Of a DNA stretch of 54,703 bases, positions 10,618-19,193 are shown piece by piece (position 1 is the stretch's first letter; each line of letters begins with the position of its first letter). Under the pieces are notes generated by a model. The model had not been told where the DNA came from, did not search any database, and worked only from the letters and a program-made list of their open reading frames with translations. The position numbers and the translations under genes are program-made. The stretch comes from Clostridia bacterium (GTDB lineage: Bacteria; Bacillota; Clostridia; Oscillospirales; Acutalibacteraceae). Where the stretch lies: the NCBI GenBank assembly GCA_017439845.1, contig JAFSIJ010000043.1, forward strand, positions 1 through 54,703, in the 5' to 3' direction.

Positions 10618-10891
10618 GGTGACAAGACTCGAACCTGTCACGCCTGACAAATAATAATTTTTAGTTTTTTCTTGCCTCATCATTTGTAATACGACAGTAT
10701 TACTGCATTCTTCGGCTTCACCTCTCCAAAAAATTATTTATTTGCAGGTCGAAGAATTTCTCTTAGCCACCTTTTTCTAAAAGGCGCAGCGTGAAATTTG
10801 CAGTAAGGCTGTCGCCTTACAAAAATAAGCGCAAGAAAGGGAGTAAAAGGTGGCAAGCGAAATCGTAATAGGTTCGAATCTTGTCACCCTA
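10615..10891 (+). repeat. 273-bp terminal-inverted-repeat element, copy A (10617-10889 plus flanking TA dinucleotides); MITE-like or structured RNA
   Basis: Ends are GGGTGACAAGACTCGAACC and GGTTCGAATCTTGTCACCC, which are inverted. Internal long-range helices and two covarying hairpins. A second copy lies at 34787-35059 in reverse orientation. No ORF inside. Confidence 0.8.
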
Positions 10892-10989
10892 AGGGAATTA
10901 AAAATTTTTTTGTAGACATTTTTGCCTTTATAGTATATAATTATTTCGTATGTAATTACTTTGTTTAGAAATTTTCGGAGGAAAATAAA

Positions 10990-12117
10990 ATGAAAGCATT
11001 AAAGAGATTATTTGTAATTCTTTTGGCTGTTGCTATGATAGTAACTGTTGTGGGTTGTCATCCAAAGGATGAGGTTGCTGTTACTATTGGCGACTTCGAG
11101 TTCACTTCGGCTTACTATATGTGCGCTCTTATGGCGGCAGACAGTGAGGCTAAATCTAAGGTTGATGAAGCAAAGGCTAACGAAACTGAGGAAACCGAAG
11201 AGGAGCATAACCACGAGGAAGGCGAAGAGGAAGTTGAAGAAACAACCGAAGAAACTGATTATTATGCCGAGAAAATCGATGATAAGGATTATGTGACATG
11301 GGTTGAAGATACAGCTATCGAAAACCTAAAGAAAATTGCCGCTTATAAAACTCTTTGCAAAGAGAATAAATTAGAGCTTGATGAAGAAACCGAAAGCTCG
11401 GTTGATTCTTATACCGATTATTATTGGTCAAGCTATGGCTATTCGATGTATTATGAGCCAAACGGTGTTGGTAAAACAACCTATGCTAACTATATGAGAG
11501 ATTCATATTATTCAAGCCTTTATTTTGACCACCTTTATGCCGAAGATGGCGAAAAGGAAATTGCCGCAAAGGATGTTAAGGCAAAAATCAACGATAATTT
11601 CATAATAGCAAATATGCTAACCGCATCTTTCTCTGAAATGGAAGAGGATGATGTTAAGGCAACTCAAAAGCAGTTCAAGGCTTATGAGAAGGAGCTTAAA
11701 GAGGGCAAGAGAAGCTTCCTTGAAATCTATAACGAATATAACAAGGTAGAGGAAACCGAAGAGGAAACAACTGCACAAGAAACTGAGGAGAGTAAACCCA
11801 AGGATGAAAACGCAACCATTCTCGGTGCCGAAGGAACAACCTATGAGTCCGAGTATTATGATACCGTTAAGAAGATGAAAAAGGGTGCTATCAAGCTCAT
11901 TGAGGAAGAGGATGGAATAGTATTAGTTGTTAAGCAGGATATAAAGGCTGATAAGTATTACTATGAAACACTCGATTCTGAGGCTCGCCACCTTATCGCT
12001 GATGATGAGTTTGAAGCTGATATTTTAGAGTATGCAAAAACCTTAAAGGCTGATATCAATAAGTATGCAACAGGTCAGTTCAAGGTTAAGAAAATCAAGG
12101 AACCCGAATATAACTAA
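10990..12117 (+). CDS. Putative lipoprotein, acidic, PrsA/SurA-N-like region without a recognisable PPIase domain
   Basis: Signal peptide with lipobox (AMIVTVVGC). Very Glu/Thr-rich segments. Sits after mfd, where prsA-like genes often occur. Function is not established. Confidence 0.55.
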   Translation: MKALKRLFVILLAVAMIVTVVGCHPKDEVAVTIGDFEFTSAYYMCALMAADSEAKSKVDEAKANETEETEEEHNHEEGEEEVEETTEETDYYAEKIDDKDYVTWVEDTAIENLKKIAAYKTLCKENKLELDEETESSVDSYTDYYWSSYGYSMYYEPNGVGKTTYANYMRDSYYSSLYFDHLYAEDGEKEIAAKDVKAKINDNFIIANMLTASFSEMEEDDVKATQKQFKAYEKELKEGKRSFLEIYNEYNKVEETEEETTAQETEESKPKDENATILGAEGTTYESEYYDTVKKMKKGAIKLIEEEDGIVLVVKQDIKADKYYYETLDSEARHLIADDEFEADILEYAKTLKADINKYATGQFKVKKIKEPEYN

Positions 12118-12123
12118 AATCAA

Positions 12124-12158
12124 AAGAAGTCTTGCCAAACAAGACTTCTTTTTTTTGG
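12124..12158 (+). terminator. Rho-independent terminator
   Basis: Stem AAGAAGTCTTG / CAAGACTTCTT with loop CCAAA, followed by a T-run. Confidence 0.8.
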
Positions 12159-12217
12159 AATTTTTTTGAATGTTTTTTTAGAATCATATGCAAATAATAA
12201 AATAAAGGTGATTTGCT

Positions 12218-13051
12218 ATGATAAAAATTTTAATTGATTCTTCATCAGATTCAAAAAAGGATGAAGGCATTTTCGATTATTTTATGCCGATTTCGGTTAA
12301 TATAGATGGAAATGAATATAAGGATGGCATTGATATAAATGCAGATAAGTTTTATTCTCTTTTAAAATGGGCGAAGGAATTTCCCAAAACTTCTCAGCCA
12401 TCACCAAATGAGTTTGTGGAAATTTTTGAAAAGGTGAAAGAGGATGGGGATGAGCTGATATATTTATGCCTTTCTTCCGCCCTTAGCGGAACATATCAGG
12501 GTGCCCTCATAGCCAAGGAAATGGTTGATTATGATGGGATATATATCGTTGATACCAAAACTGCAACCCGTATGATAGGTGTTATTGCAAAATATGCGAG
12601 AGATCTTATTGATAAGGGCTTAAGTGCCCGTGAAATCGCCGCAAGGTGCGATGAGTTCAAGTCAAGAGTTAAAGCGATAGCCGGTGTTGATACACTTGAA
12701 TATCTCTATAAAGGCGGAAGACTGAGTAAAACGAGTGCCACAGTGGGAAAAATCGCCGATATAAAGCCGATAATTTCGGTAAGCGAAGAAGGAAAGGTCG
12801 AAGTCAAGGGAAAATGCATCGGCAAGGGCAGAGCTATGCAGTTTATCGTGGATAAGATATCAGGCTATAATATAGATAAAAACTTCCCGATTTATTCGCT
12901 TTATACCTTTGGTGAGGAGAATTGCGCGCTACTTGAAGAAAGATTAAAGGAAAAGGGATTTGATGTTCATGGCCGACTTCAAATCGGCTCAACGATTGGA
13001 GCCCACACAGGCCCCGGTGTTTATGCGGTGATGTTTGTATCTGAAAAATAA
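12218..13051 (+). CDS. DegV-family fatty-acid-binding protein
   Basis: 277 aa. DegV hallmarks present: TSQPSP, SSALSGTYQ, LEYLYKGGRLS. Confidence 0.85.
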   Translation: MIKILIDSSSDSKKDEGIFDYFMPISVNIDGNEYKDGIDINADKFYSLLKWAKEFPKTSQPSPNEFVEIFEKVKEDGDELIYLCLSSALSGTYQGALIAKEMVDYDGIYIVDTKTATRMIGVIAKYARDLIDKGLSAREIAARCDEFKSRVKAIAGVDTLEYLYKGGRLSKTSATVGKIADIKPIISVSEEGKVEVKGKCIGKGRAMQFIVDKISGYNIDKNFPIYSLYTFGEENCALLEERLKEKGFDVHGRLQIGSTIGAHTGPGVYAVMFVSEK

Positions 13052-13069
13052 AATTGCTTTTAAAAAGTC

Positions 13070-13098
13070 TTGACAAAGGCGCAATAATTATATATAAT
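13070..13098 (+). promoter_or_regulatory. Sigma-A-type promoter for yceD-rpmF
   Basis: TTGACA (13070-13075), 17-nt spacer, TATAAT (13093-13098). Confidence 0.65.
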
Positions 13099-13125
13099 AT
13101 GCTTTGTGACGATAGAGGTGGGAGT

Positions 13126-13620
13126 ATGATTATCGATTTAAAAAAGATATTTGTTAATGATAATTCTATCCTGCCGATTGAGTATGAGTTGGATATGAGT
13201 CAAGAAGAGTTTGCAGGAGTTTTTCCGCTCAATAATCCTGTAAAACTTGAGGCTTCAGTTTCCAACAAAGCAAGCCTTGTTCAGTTATCCGCCCGCATTT
13301 CTTATGACTATGCGGCAGGTTGTGACAGGTGCGGTAAACCAACCACTAAAAGCTATACCGTGGAAATAGAAAAATCTCTTGCCCCTTCTATCGAGGGTGA
13401 GGAGAGTGACAGTATAATTTTAGTGCCCGATATGAAGCTCGATTTAGATGAGTTTGTTTATAGCGAGGTTATAACGAGTTTGCCAATGAAACACTTGTGC
13501 GAGGAGAACTGCAAGGGGCTGTGTTCAAAATGCGGAAAGAATCTTAACGAGGGCGAATGTGATTGTCCTAAGAAAGAGATAGATCCGCGTCTTGCAGCGC
13601 TTGCTGATTTATTGGAATAA
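13126..13620 (+). CDS. yceD: YceD/DUF177 family protein (ribosome-maturation associated)
   Basis: Cys clusters CDRCG...CKGLCSKCGKNLN...CDC and conserved position upstream of rpmF. The ATG at 13126 follows GAGGTGGGAG. The ORF extension back to 13054 covers the promoter. Confidence 0.8.
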   Translation: MIIDLKKIFVNDNSILPIEYELDMSQEEFAGVFPLNNPVKLEASVSNKASLVQLSARISYDYAAGCDRCGKPTTKSYTVEIEKSLAPSIEGEESDSIILVPDMKLDLDEFVYSEVITSLPMKHLCEENCKGLCSKCGKNLNEGECDCPKKEIDPRLAALADLLE

Positions 13621-13656
13621 TTAACATTCATTTAAAGGTTTAAGGAGGTGCCCAAA

Positions 13657-13839
13657 ATGGCAGTACCGAAGAGAAAAACATCTAAAGCAAGAAGAGATAA
13701 GAGAAGAAACAACCTCTGGAAGCTCGCAGCTCCCACAATGGTTAAGTGTCCTAACTGCGGCGCATACAAGCGCCCACACAGACTTTGCGCTGCTTGCGGT
13801 CAATATGCAGGCCGTCAGGTTGTAGAAGTTTCGGAGTAA
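13657..13839 (+). CDS. rpmF: 50S ribosomal protein L32
   Basis: [18 protein letters not shown]-terminus and CxxC...CxxC zinc ribbon. AAGGAGG lies 9 nt upstream of ATG 13657. Confidence 0.9.
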   Translation: MAVPKRKTSKARRDKRRNNLWKLAAPTMVKCPNCGAYKRPHRLCAACGQYAGRQVVEVSE

Positions 13840-13861
13840 TCCACTTAAAAACTAAAAGTGA

Positions 13862-13909
13862 AGGGGGATAAAGCAGGTCGAAAGACCAGGCAATCCCCCT
13901 TTGTTTTTT
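13862..13909 (+). terminator. Rho-independent terminator after rpmF
   Basis: AGGGGGAT...ATCCCCCT stem with inner GGTC-GAAA-GACC, followed by TTGTTTTTT. Confidence 0.8.
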
Positions 13910-13922
13910 AAGGAGAGAAAAA

Positions 13923-15227
13923 ATGTCGGTTGTTATAAAGGCGGTAGAAAAGCGTTCACCTGCCGCAAGGAAGGGTATAAAGCCTCTTGATGTATTAGTA
14001 AGCATAAACGGTAACGAGATTATGGATGTTCTTGACTATCGTTTTTATCAGAACGAAAAGGTTTTGGAGCTTTGCATTATTAACTCAAAGGGCAAACAAA
14101 TTATCAAGAAAATAAAAAAAGCCGAGGAGGCTGAATTAGGTCTTCTTTTCGAAACCTATCTTATGGATGAAAAGCATTCCTGCAAGAATAAGTGCATCTT
14201 TTGTTTTATCGACCAGTTGCCAAAAGGCCTTCGTGATACCCTCTATTTTAAGGATGATGATTCCCGCCTTTCCTTCCTTTTCGGCAATTATATAACACTG
14301 ACTAACATAACCGAACACGAAATTGAACGCATTATAAAAATGCATATAAGTCCGATAAATATATCGGTGCATACAACCAACCCCGAGCTTCGCGTTAAGA
14401 TGATGACCAATAAAAACGCGGGACAAGTTTTATCGGTTATAAATCGTTTTAATGAAGCAGGAATAAAAATGAACTGCCAATTAGTGCTTTGTCCCGGCAT
14501 CAACGATGGCGAGGAGCTCGAGCGCTCACTTCATGATTTAACAGGTCTTTCAAATGTAGAATGCATAGCATTGGTGCCCGTTGGAATAACTGCATTTAGA
14601 GAGAATCTTCCAAAGCTTGATGCCTTTGATAAAAAGAGCGCCGAAGGGGTGCTGAAAATTTGCGATGATTTCGCTGAAAAGTGTGTTCATCAGTATGGCG
14701 ATAGAAGGGTTTATTGCGCCGATGAATTTTATCTTTTGGCAGAAAGGCAAATTCCAAGCGCCGAGTTTTATGGCGAGTTCTTGCAGCTTGAAAACGGAGT
14801 TGGCTTGTGGTCGCTTCTTTTAAGTGAAAGTGAAGAAGCAATAAACGATAGTGAGGAAAGCCTTTTAGAAAAGAGAAAAATCTCTATCGCAACAGGTGAA
14901 GCCGCATATCCTCTTATATGTGATATAGTTGACAAGGCAGGCAAAAAATGGCATAATTTAGAGTGTCGGGTTTATGCTGTGAAGAATAACTTTTTCGGCG
15001 GGAAAATCGATGTTGCAGGTCTCGTTACAGCAACCGATATTTATGAGCAGTTAAATGATAAAGATTTGGGAGAGGAATTGCTTATTCCATCAGTTATGCT
15101 GAGAAATGAGGGCGATTTGTTTCTTGATAGTATCAGTGTGGACGAGCTATCCCAAAAACTAAATGTTAAAATAATACCGGTTGATAATGATGGATATTGT
15201 TTTATTGACCGATTGATAGGAAGATAG
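13923..15227 (+). CDS. PDZ-domain / radical-SAM-like DUF512 protein
   Basis: N-terminal PDZ-like segment, CX3CX2C motif (CKNKCIFC), and the conserved clostridial position upstream of der. Confidence 0.7.
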   Translation: MSVVIKAVEKRSPAARKGIKPLDVLVSINGNEIMDVLDYRFYQNEKVLELCIINSKGKQIIKKIKKAEEAELGLLFETYLMDEKHSCKNKCIFCFIDQLPKGLRDTLYFKDDDSRLSFLFGNYITLTNITEHEIERIIKMHISPINISVHTTNPELRVKMMTNKNAGQVLSVINRFNEAGIKMNCQLVLCPGINDGEELERSLHDLTGLSNVECIALVPVGITAFRENLPKLDAFDKKSAEGVLKICDDFAEKCVHQYGDRRVYCADEFYLLAERQIPSAEFYGEFLQLENGVGLWSLLLSESEEAINDSEESLLEKRKISIATGEAAYPLICDIVDKAGKKWHNLECRVYAVKNNFFGGKIDVAGLVTATDIYEQLNDKDLGEELLIPSVMLRNEGDLFLDSISVDELSQKLNVKIIPVDNDGYCFIDRLIGR

Positions 15228-15229
15228 AT

Positions 15230-16555
15230 ATGTCAAAACCAATTGTTGCGGTTGTTGGCCGCCCGAATGTCGGCAAATCAACACTGTTCAATAGAATAAT
15301 AGGCAAGCGCCTTTCAATAGTTGATGACACGCCGGGTGTAACCCGTGACCGTATATATGGCGATGCCGAGTGGCTCGGTCATAAAATGATGCTTGTTGAT
15401 ACAGGTGGTATTGAGCCGAAAACCGATGATATCATTCTCGCAAATATGCGCGCTCAGGCTCAGCTTGCTATTGATATGGCTTCGGTTATCGTTTTTGTAA
15501 CCGATCTGAGAACAGGTGTAACCGCCGCCGATATGGATATTGCCGCAATGCTTCAAAAGAGTGGCAAGCCAATTGTTTTATGTGTTAATAAATGCGATAA
15601 GGTTGGCGAGCCGCCTGTTGAAATATATGAGTTTTATAATTTAGGCCTCGGCGAGCCTATCGGCGTTTCTTCAGTGCATGGTCACGGAACAGGAGATTTG
15701 CTTGATGCGGTTCTCGCAGGATTAAGCGAAGAAGAGCTTAACACCGAAGAGGATGAAGATGTGATAAATGTTGCTGTTATCGGCAAGCCTAATGCAGGTA
15801 AATCTTCACTTATAAACTCGGTTGCAGGGGAAACTCGCTCAATAGTTTCGGATATAGCGGGAACAACACGCGATGCTATTGATACACTTATTGAGAATAA
15901 ATACGGAAAATTTAATTTTATTGATACCGCGGGTCTTAGAAGGAAGAGCAAGGTTGATGATAAAATTGAAAAGTATAGCGTTATCCGTGCCGAAATGGCG
16001 GTGGATAGAGCTGATGTTTGCGTTATTATGATAGATGGTGTTGAGGGCTTCACCGAGCAGGATTCAAAGGTGGCAGGCTTGGCACTTGAAAACGGAAAGG
16101 CTTGTATTATTGCGGTTAATAAGTGGGATGCTGTTGAAAAGGATGGCACCACTATGGATTCATATCGCAAAAAGCTTATGGTTGATTTTTCCTTTATGCC
16201 CTATGCTCCGATAGTGTTTATATCGGCAAAAACAGGGCAGAGGGTTGAACGCCTTTTTGAGCTTATCAAGTATGTTAATGAGCAAAACACAATGCGAATT
16301 TCAACAGGTATGCTCAATGATATACTTGCTGATGCAACTGCCCGTGTTCAACCACCTTCGGATAAGGGAAAGCGCCTGAAAATATATTATATGACTCAGG
16401 CTTCAACCAAGCCGCCAACATTTGTTTGCTTCTGCAACAAGGCGGAGCTTTTCCATTTTTCATATCAAAGATATTTAGAAAATCAAATTCGTTCAACCTT
16501 CGGACTTGAGGGAACACCGGTTAGATTCGTTATTCGGGAGAGAGGAGATAAATAA
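15230..16555 (+). CDS. der: Ribosome-biogenesis GTPase Der (EngA)
   Basis: Two tandem G domains (GRPNVGKST...DTGG...NKCD and GKPNAGKSS...DTAG...NKWD) plus a KH-like C-terminus. Confidence 0.95.
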   Translation: MSKPIVAVVGRPNVGKSTLFNRIIGKRLSIVDDTPGVTRDRIYGDAEWLGHKMMLVDTGGIEPKTDDIILANMRAQAQLAIDMASVIVFVTDLRTGVTAADMDIAAMLQKSGKPIVLCVNKCDKVGEPPVEIYEFYNLGLGEPIGVSSVHGHGTGDLLDAVLAGLSEEELNTEEDEDVINVAVIGKPNAGKSSLINSVAGETRSIVSDIAGTTRDAIDTLIENKYGKFNFIDTAGLRRKSKVDDKIEKYSVIRAEMAVDRADVCVIMIDGVEGFTEQDSKVAGLALENGKACIIAVNKWDAVEKDGTTMDSYRKKLMVDFSFMPYAPIVFISAKTGQRVERLFELIKYVNEQNTMRISTGMLNDILADATARVQPPSDKGKRLKIYYMTQASTKPPTFVCFCNKAELFHFSYQRYLENQIRSTFGLEGTPVRFVIRERGDK

Positions 16556-17199
16556 TGATTATGACCGCCATCATCACAGTTATAGCCGCTTACCTTATAG
16601 GTAGTGTTAGCTTTGCGGTTATATTTTCTGCTGTGTTTATTAAAAAGGATGTTAGAAATCTTGGAAGTGGCAACGCGGGGACAACCAATATGATGCGCGT
16701 TGCAGGCTTCTTGCCTGGAGCACTTACCTTTATTTGTGATGCACTTAAAGGCTTTGTTGCCTGTTATATAGGTAGACTTATATTTGAATATGCCTATACC
16801 CAGACGCAGAGTGTATGGCTTCATTCTTCGGTTGGTGTGTATCTTTGTGGTCTTGCTTGTATGCTTGGCCATATGTATCCCATCTTTTTCGGCTTCAAGG
16901 GCGGAAAGGGAGTTGCAACAAGTGTTGGAATTTATGCAGTTTGTTGCCCTATTGCCATTATTTCGGGTCTTATCGTTTTTGCGGTTTCAACCATTATTTC
17001 AAAAATCGTGTCCTTAAGCAGTCTTCTTGCAACCGTAACTGTTGTTACGCTTTCACTTATATTTTATGATAAGGGTGGAATTTTTGCTGTGCAGGCTGTG
17101 TTGAGCATTGCTATGGGCGGCCTCGTTTTCTTTAAGCATAGAGAAAATATAGTTCGGCTTATAAACGGAAACGAAAATAAAATCGGCAGGAGGAAATAA
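16555..17199 (+). CDS. plsY: Glycerol-3-phosphate acyltransferase PlsY
   Basis: Polytopic membrane protein with GSGNAGTTN and FKGGKGVAT motifs. Start overlaps the der stop. Confidence 0.9.
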   Translation: MIMTAIITVIAAYLIGSVSFAVIFSAVFIKKDVRNLGSGNAGTTNMMRVAGFLPGALTFICDALKGFVACYIGRLIFEYAYTQTQSVWLHSSVGVYLCGLACMLGHMYPIFFGFKGGKGVATSVGIYAVCCPIAIISGLIVFAVSTIISKIVSLSSLLATVTVVTLSLIFYDKGGIFAVQAVLSIAMGGLVFFKHRENIVRLINGNENKIGRRK

Positions 17200-17202
17200 A
17201 GA

Positions 17203-18186
17203 GTGGCTAAAATAACCGTTTTAGGCGCAGGCGGATGGGGAATGGCTTTGGCTATTTCGGCTTGCGGCCGAGGAAATGATATTACTATATGGTCACCCTT
17301 TGAAGAAGAAGTAAAGCTTCTTTCTGAAAAGAGAACCAATGAAAAACTTTTGCCGGGTGTAATATTGCCCGATGAAATAAAGCTTTCAAACGATATTAAA
17401 TGCGTTGAAGATAGTGTTATAACTATAATCGCGGTTCCATCAATCGCAGTTCGCTCGGTTGCAAAAAGCCTTGCAAAGCAAAAGAAATTTGGTATTGTTG
17501 TTGATGTTTCAAAGGGAATAGAGCAGGATAGCCTTAAAAGGCTTTCTGAGATTTTAGAGGAAGAGCTTGAAAATGTTAATGTTGTTGCGCTTTCAGGCCC
17601 CTCGCATGCCGAAGAGGTGGCAAGAGGTATCCCAACCTCAATAGTTGCCGCATCGAATAGCTTGCCTTCGGCTCAAATCGTTCAGGATATTATGACAAGT
17701 GAAAATCTTCGTGTTTATACCTCGGGTGATATAGTTGGTGCCGAGCTTGGCGGAGCGCTTAAAAATATTATCGCTATCGCCGCAGGTATATGCGAAGGCC
17801 TAGGTCTTGGAGATAACACCAAGGCGGCTATGATAACCAGAGGCCTTGCTGAAATGGCAAGACTTGGTGTTTGTATGGGAGCAAAGGAGTATACCTTTTC
17901 AGGCCTTACGGGTATCGGTGACTTGATTGTTACCTGCACTTCAAGGCATAGTAGAAATAACCGTTTTGGTCAGCTTGTTGGAAGCGGCGAGGATGTTAAG
18001 GTGGCGCTCGAAAAGGTTGGAACGGTTGAGGGTTATTATGCTACATATTCGGCATATAAGCTTGCCAAAAAATATCGTATAACTATGCCGATAATCGAAG
18101 AATGCTATGCTATTCTTTATGAAAACAAGGATGTTAAGCAAAGCCTTTTAGACCTTATGAACAGACCTTGCAGAAGTGAACACTAA
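17203..18186 (+). CDS. gpsA: NAD(P)H-dependent glycerol-3-phosphate dehydrogenase
   Basis: GTG start. Rossmann motif VLGAGGWG, plus GALKN and GDLIVTC motifs. der-plsY-gpsA synteny. Confidence 0.9.
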   Translation: MAKITVLGAGGWGMALAISACGRGNDITIWSPFEEEVKLLSEKRTNEKLLPGVILPDEIKLSNDIKCVEDSVITIIAVPSIAVRSVAKSLAKQKKFGIVVDVSKGIEQDSLKRLSEILEEELENVNVVALSGPSHAEEVARGIPTSIVAASNSLPSAQIVQDIMTSENLRVYTSGDIVGAELGGALKNIIAIAAGICEGLGLGDNTKAAMITRGLAEMARLGVCMGAKEYTFSGLTGIGDLIVTCTSRHSRNNRFGQLVGSGEDVKVALEKVGTVEGYYATYSAYKLAKKYRITMPIIEECYAILYENKDVKQSLLDLMNRPCRSEH

Positions 18187-18214
18187 ATATTTTTTGAAAT
18201 ATATAAAAAAATAC

Positions 18215-18243
18215 TTGCTTTTTTTATTTTTTTGTGGTATTAT
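18215..18243 (+). promoter_or_regulatory. Sigma-A-type promoter for rpmB (extended -10)
   Basis: TTGCTT (18215-18220), 17-nt spacer, TGgTATTAT (-10 at 18238-18243). Confidence 0.55.
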
Positions 18244-18279
18244 ATAGCGTGCTATGTATTAAGTAAGGAGGTGCAGACC

Positions 18280-18468
18280 ATGGCTAAATGTGATATCTGC
18301 AATAAAGAAATTGCTTTCGGAATTAAGGTTTCTCACTCACACAGACGTTCCAATAGAACCTGGAAACCCAACGTTAAGAAGGTAAAGGCAATAGTAAACG
18401 GAACTCCTCGTCGTATCAATGCCTGCACCCGTTGTTTGCGTTCGGGCAAGGTAACAAGAGCTATATAA
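18280..18468 (+). CDS. rpmB: 50S ribosomal protein L28
   Basis: MAKCDICNK...SHSHRRSNRTWKPN...CTRCLR. AAGGAGGTG upstream of ATG 18280. The ORF extension to 18232 is unsupported. Confidence 0.9.
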   Translation: MAKCDICNKEIAFGIKVSHSHRRSNRTWKPNVKKVKAIVNGTPRRINACTRCLRSGKVTRAI

Positions 18469-18476
18469 GCTTTATT

Positions 18477-18503
18477 AAAAAGTCCCGAAGGGGACTTTTT
18501 TTA
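18477..18503 (+). terminator. Rho-independent terminator after rpmB
   Basis: AAAAAGTCCC-GAAG-GGGACTTTTT hairpin followed by a T-run. Confidence 0.85.
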
Positions 18504-18527
18504 TTGCATAAAAACGAGGTGTAACTT

Positions 18528-19193
18528 GTGATTAAAGCAGTTGTTTTCGATTTGGATGGAACACTTGTAAACTCAATAGATGATTTGGCTGATTCTTCAA
18601 ATGCCGCTCTTATGGAATTAGGCTTTCCAACTCACGAGGTGGAGAAATATCGCTATTTTATAGGCGATGGAATGCGAAAGCTGATAGAAAGAATCTTGCC
18701 GCAAGAAAAGAGATATGATGAAATGATAGAAACGTGTCATAAAATCTTCAGAAGAATTTATGATGAAAATTATCTCAATAAAACTGCTGCCTATGAGGGA
18801 ATCTATGAAATGCTCGATAGCCTTAAAGAAAAGGGATATAAGCTTGCGGTTATCTCAAACAAGGTTGATGTGATGGCTAAAAAAATTGTTTCAGAGCTTT
18901 TTGGCTCAGTGTTTGATTTCGTATCGGGAAAGGTCGATAATCTTCCCACTAAGCCTGATCCCACGCTAACCCTTTCTATAATGAAAGAAATGGGTGTGGA
19001 ACCAAATGAATGTGCTTTTGTCGGTGATTCAGGAATGGATATGCTAACTGCAGTTAATACCGGGGCTTTACCCATTGGTGTTTCTTGGGGCTTTCGAGGA
19101 AGGGAAGAGCTGCTTGAAAATGGTGCTCAATATATAATTGATGCACCGCTACATATAATGGATGTTTTGGAGAAGGAAAATGCCGAATTATAA
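18528..19193 (+). CDS. HAD-superfamily hydrolase (phosphoglycolate phosphatase/PpaX-like)
   Basis: GTG start. HAD motifs DLDGTL, ISNK and GDSGMD. Confidence 0.8.
   Translation: MIKAVVFDLDGTLVNSIDDLADSSNAALMELGFPTHEVEKYRYFIGDGMRKLIERILPQEKRYDEMIETCHKIFRRIYDENYLNKTAAYEGIYEMLDSLKEKGYKLAVISNKVDVMAKKIVSELFGSVFDFVSGKVDNLPTKPDPTLTLSIMKEMGVEPNECAFVGDSGMDMLTAVNTGALPIGVSWGFRGREELLENGAQYIIDAPLHIMDVLEKENAEL

Noticed and set aside
10865-10891. tRNA-like 3' end: GGTTCGAATC T-loop consensus followed by CTTGT-CACCCTA. The same motif occurs in reverse complement at 10617-10640 and in weaker form in copy B.
   Set aside because: There is no D-arm or anticodon arm at tRNA spacing. The would-be T-stem needs two G-T pairs and competes with the much longer terminal inverted-repeat pairing. 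I treat it as a resemblance within the repeat termini, not as a tRNA gene.
10896-10989. Promoter for the lipoprotein gene (TTGTAG ... TATAAT).
   Set aside because: Spacing between the candidate -35 and -10 hexamers is 15 or 20 nt depending on the choice, so I could not support a specific call.
13054-13125. 5' extension of the yceD ORF.
   Set aside because: It contains a consensus TTGACA-17-TATAAT promoter. The conserved DUF177 N-terminus starts at ATG 13126, which has a strong Shine-Dalgarno.
15682-16170. 162-aa minus-strand ORF inside der, and the 129-aa ORF 16483-16872 across the der/plsY junction.
   Set aside because: Both are antisense to strongly supported genes and have no motifs or ribosome-binding sites.
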